DNA of 24,000 nt from Dehalococcoidia bacterium (GTDB lineage: Bacteria > Chloroflexota > Dehalococcoidia > GIF9 > UBA5629). Position numbers and translations under genes: made by a program. Position 1 is the stretch's first letter; each line of letters opens with the position of its first letter. The DNA lies in the NCBI GenBank assembly GCA_049513695.1, contig JBEKVW010000013.1, forward strand, positions 9,977 through 33,976, in the 5' to 3' direction. This document shows positions 23,176-24,000 of the stretch, piece by piece. The notes below the pieces were generated by a model. The model ran no database searches. It was given only the letters and a program-made list of their open reading frames with translations, and had not been told where the DNA came from.

Positions 23176-23366
23176 ATCTTGTATAGTAGCTTAATTTATA
23201 AGTCTATATAGGCTATATATATAATCATACCAATTATAAGCTGGTTGATGTTGTGGATGTTAGCTGTGGCAATCAAAGAACGTAGTTTAAGAGAGAAAAG
23301 GGTGTGGAAAAAAGGCCAAAGTTATCCACAATCAGGATCGCTTTTTCCACATTGAATGCTGGGAGG
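23176..23366. other. Candidate chromosomal replication origin (oriC) / DnaA-box cluster, also the obg upstream region
   Basis: - Perfect DnaA box TTATCCACA at 23322-23330.
- TTTTCCACA at 23343-23351.
- TGTGGAAAA at 23303-23311 (reverse complement TTTTCCACA).
- TGTGGATGT at 23252-23260.
- A strongly AT-rich tract at 23176-23245 (TTAATTTATAAGTCTATATAGGCTATATATATAATCATACCAATTATAAG).
- The region lies immediately downstream of dnaA. Confidence 0.6.
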
Positions 23367-24000
23367 TCAGGAAGTTTTGTAGGATTTCAACAGAATGCGG
23401 ATCTCTTCGATGGATTTGCTGAGCTGTGAATCCACACTGATTTGAGAAGATATCTTTTCGCATCCATGAATCACGGTGGAGTGGTCCCGGTCGCCCAGGG
23501 CTCTGCCGATGTCGGAAAGGTTGCAATGGTTCTGCTGGCGCAGCAGGTACATGACGATATGGCGGGCCCGTGAGGTCTTTAAATCCCTTTTCCTGCTGGG
23601 GATATCCTCGGGCGAAATAGCATAGTAATCAGCCACGGCCTCGATTATGGTTGACGGTTGATAGCGGCCATTGTTCTGATTGGAGATCGAGATGAGATCG
23701 TTCAGTATATATTTGACCGAGTCCAGATCGGGATTGGAATTATTCAACCGGGCATAGGTTGCCAGGCGGATAAGCGCTCCCTCGAGCTCCCGGACGCTGT
23801 GGTGAAAATGCGTGGCCAGGAAATCCATGATGGAAGCATCAAACGAGGATTTCAATACCTTGGCTTTCGACTCGAGTACGGCAAGCCTGGTCTTATGGTC
23901 CGGCGGGAAAATATCCACCACCAGCCCGCCTTCCAACCTCGAACGGAGCCGCAGGTTGAAGCACTCTATCTCTTTGGGAGGCCGGTCCGACGAGATCGCT
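23367..24000 (-). CDS. dnaA: Chromosomal replication initiator DnaA, C-terminal part (5' end outside the window)
   Basis: The frame is open to the window edge (AISSDRPPKEIECFNLRLRSRLEGGLVVDI precedes the listed TTG at 23936). It has the AAA+ sensor region and domain IV with the DNA-binding signature RALGDRDHSTVIHGCEKI. Confidence 0.93.
   Translation of the reverse strand, partial: AISSDRPPKEIECFNLRLRSRLEGGLVVDIFPPDHKTRLAVLESKAKVLKSSFDASIMDFLATHFHHSVRELEGALIRLATYARLNNSNPDLDSVKYILNDLISISNQNNGRYQPSTIIEAVADYYAISPEDIPSRKRDLKTSRARHIVMYLLRQQNHCNLSDIGRALGDRDHSTVIHGCEKISSQISVDSQLSKSIEEIRILLKSYKTS

Noticed and set aside
23332-23526. 64-aa minus-strand ORF that overlaps the dnaA 3' end and runs into the DnaA-box region.
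   Set aside because: It is out of frame with dnaA domain IV, which is clearly the real reading frame, and it has no RBS or motif.
1-24000. Search for CRISPR arrays, tRNA/rRNA genes, cdhB (epsilon subunit) and a RACo-type activator.
   Set aside because: No spaced direct repeats, no tRNA-like cloverleaf signatures in the five intergenic regions longer than 100 bp, and no ORF with the expected motifs. These are absent from this window but may exist elsewhere in the genome.

Overview
Chromosomal window from a GC-rich anaerobic bacterium. The taxon cannot be fixed from the sequence; the gene content resembles Chloroflexota/Dehalococcoidia-like or other deep-branching anaerobes.

Layout from right to left:
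- Right edge: dnaA (partial), an AT-rich DnaA-box cluster (candidate oriC), obg, nadD, then gyrB and rnhA on the + strand.
- An ArsR-headed minus-strand cluster built around arsM. It carries two C_GCAxxG_C_C redox proteins, a 77-aa Cys/Met-rich peptide and a nitroreductase instead of the usual arsB/acr3/arsC.
- A Wood-Ljungdahl carbonyl-branch operon, acsE-acsD-(cdhA-like)-cdhC/acsB-acsC.
- An AT-richer ~1.6 kb insertion: two divergent, paralogous membrane-anchored ORFs bracketed by inverted transposase C-terminal relics.
- A + strand secreted PLD/Nuc-type nuclease gene.
- A tightly coupled nuoE-like/nuoF-like/cooC(acsF) trio, a small DUF3786-like ORF and a fused GctA/GctB-type CoA-transferase.
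- Left edge: mutL (partial).

Main finding: the ACS A-cluster motifs are intact and archaeal CdhC-like, but the 764-aa CODH-fold subunit has lost essentially all C-cluster and D-cluster ligands while keeping the B-cluster.

No rRNA, tRNA or CRISPR array was seen. All motif comparisons were made by eye against family motifs recalled from memory. No database search, alignment program or GC computation was run.
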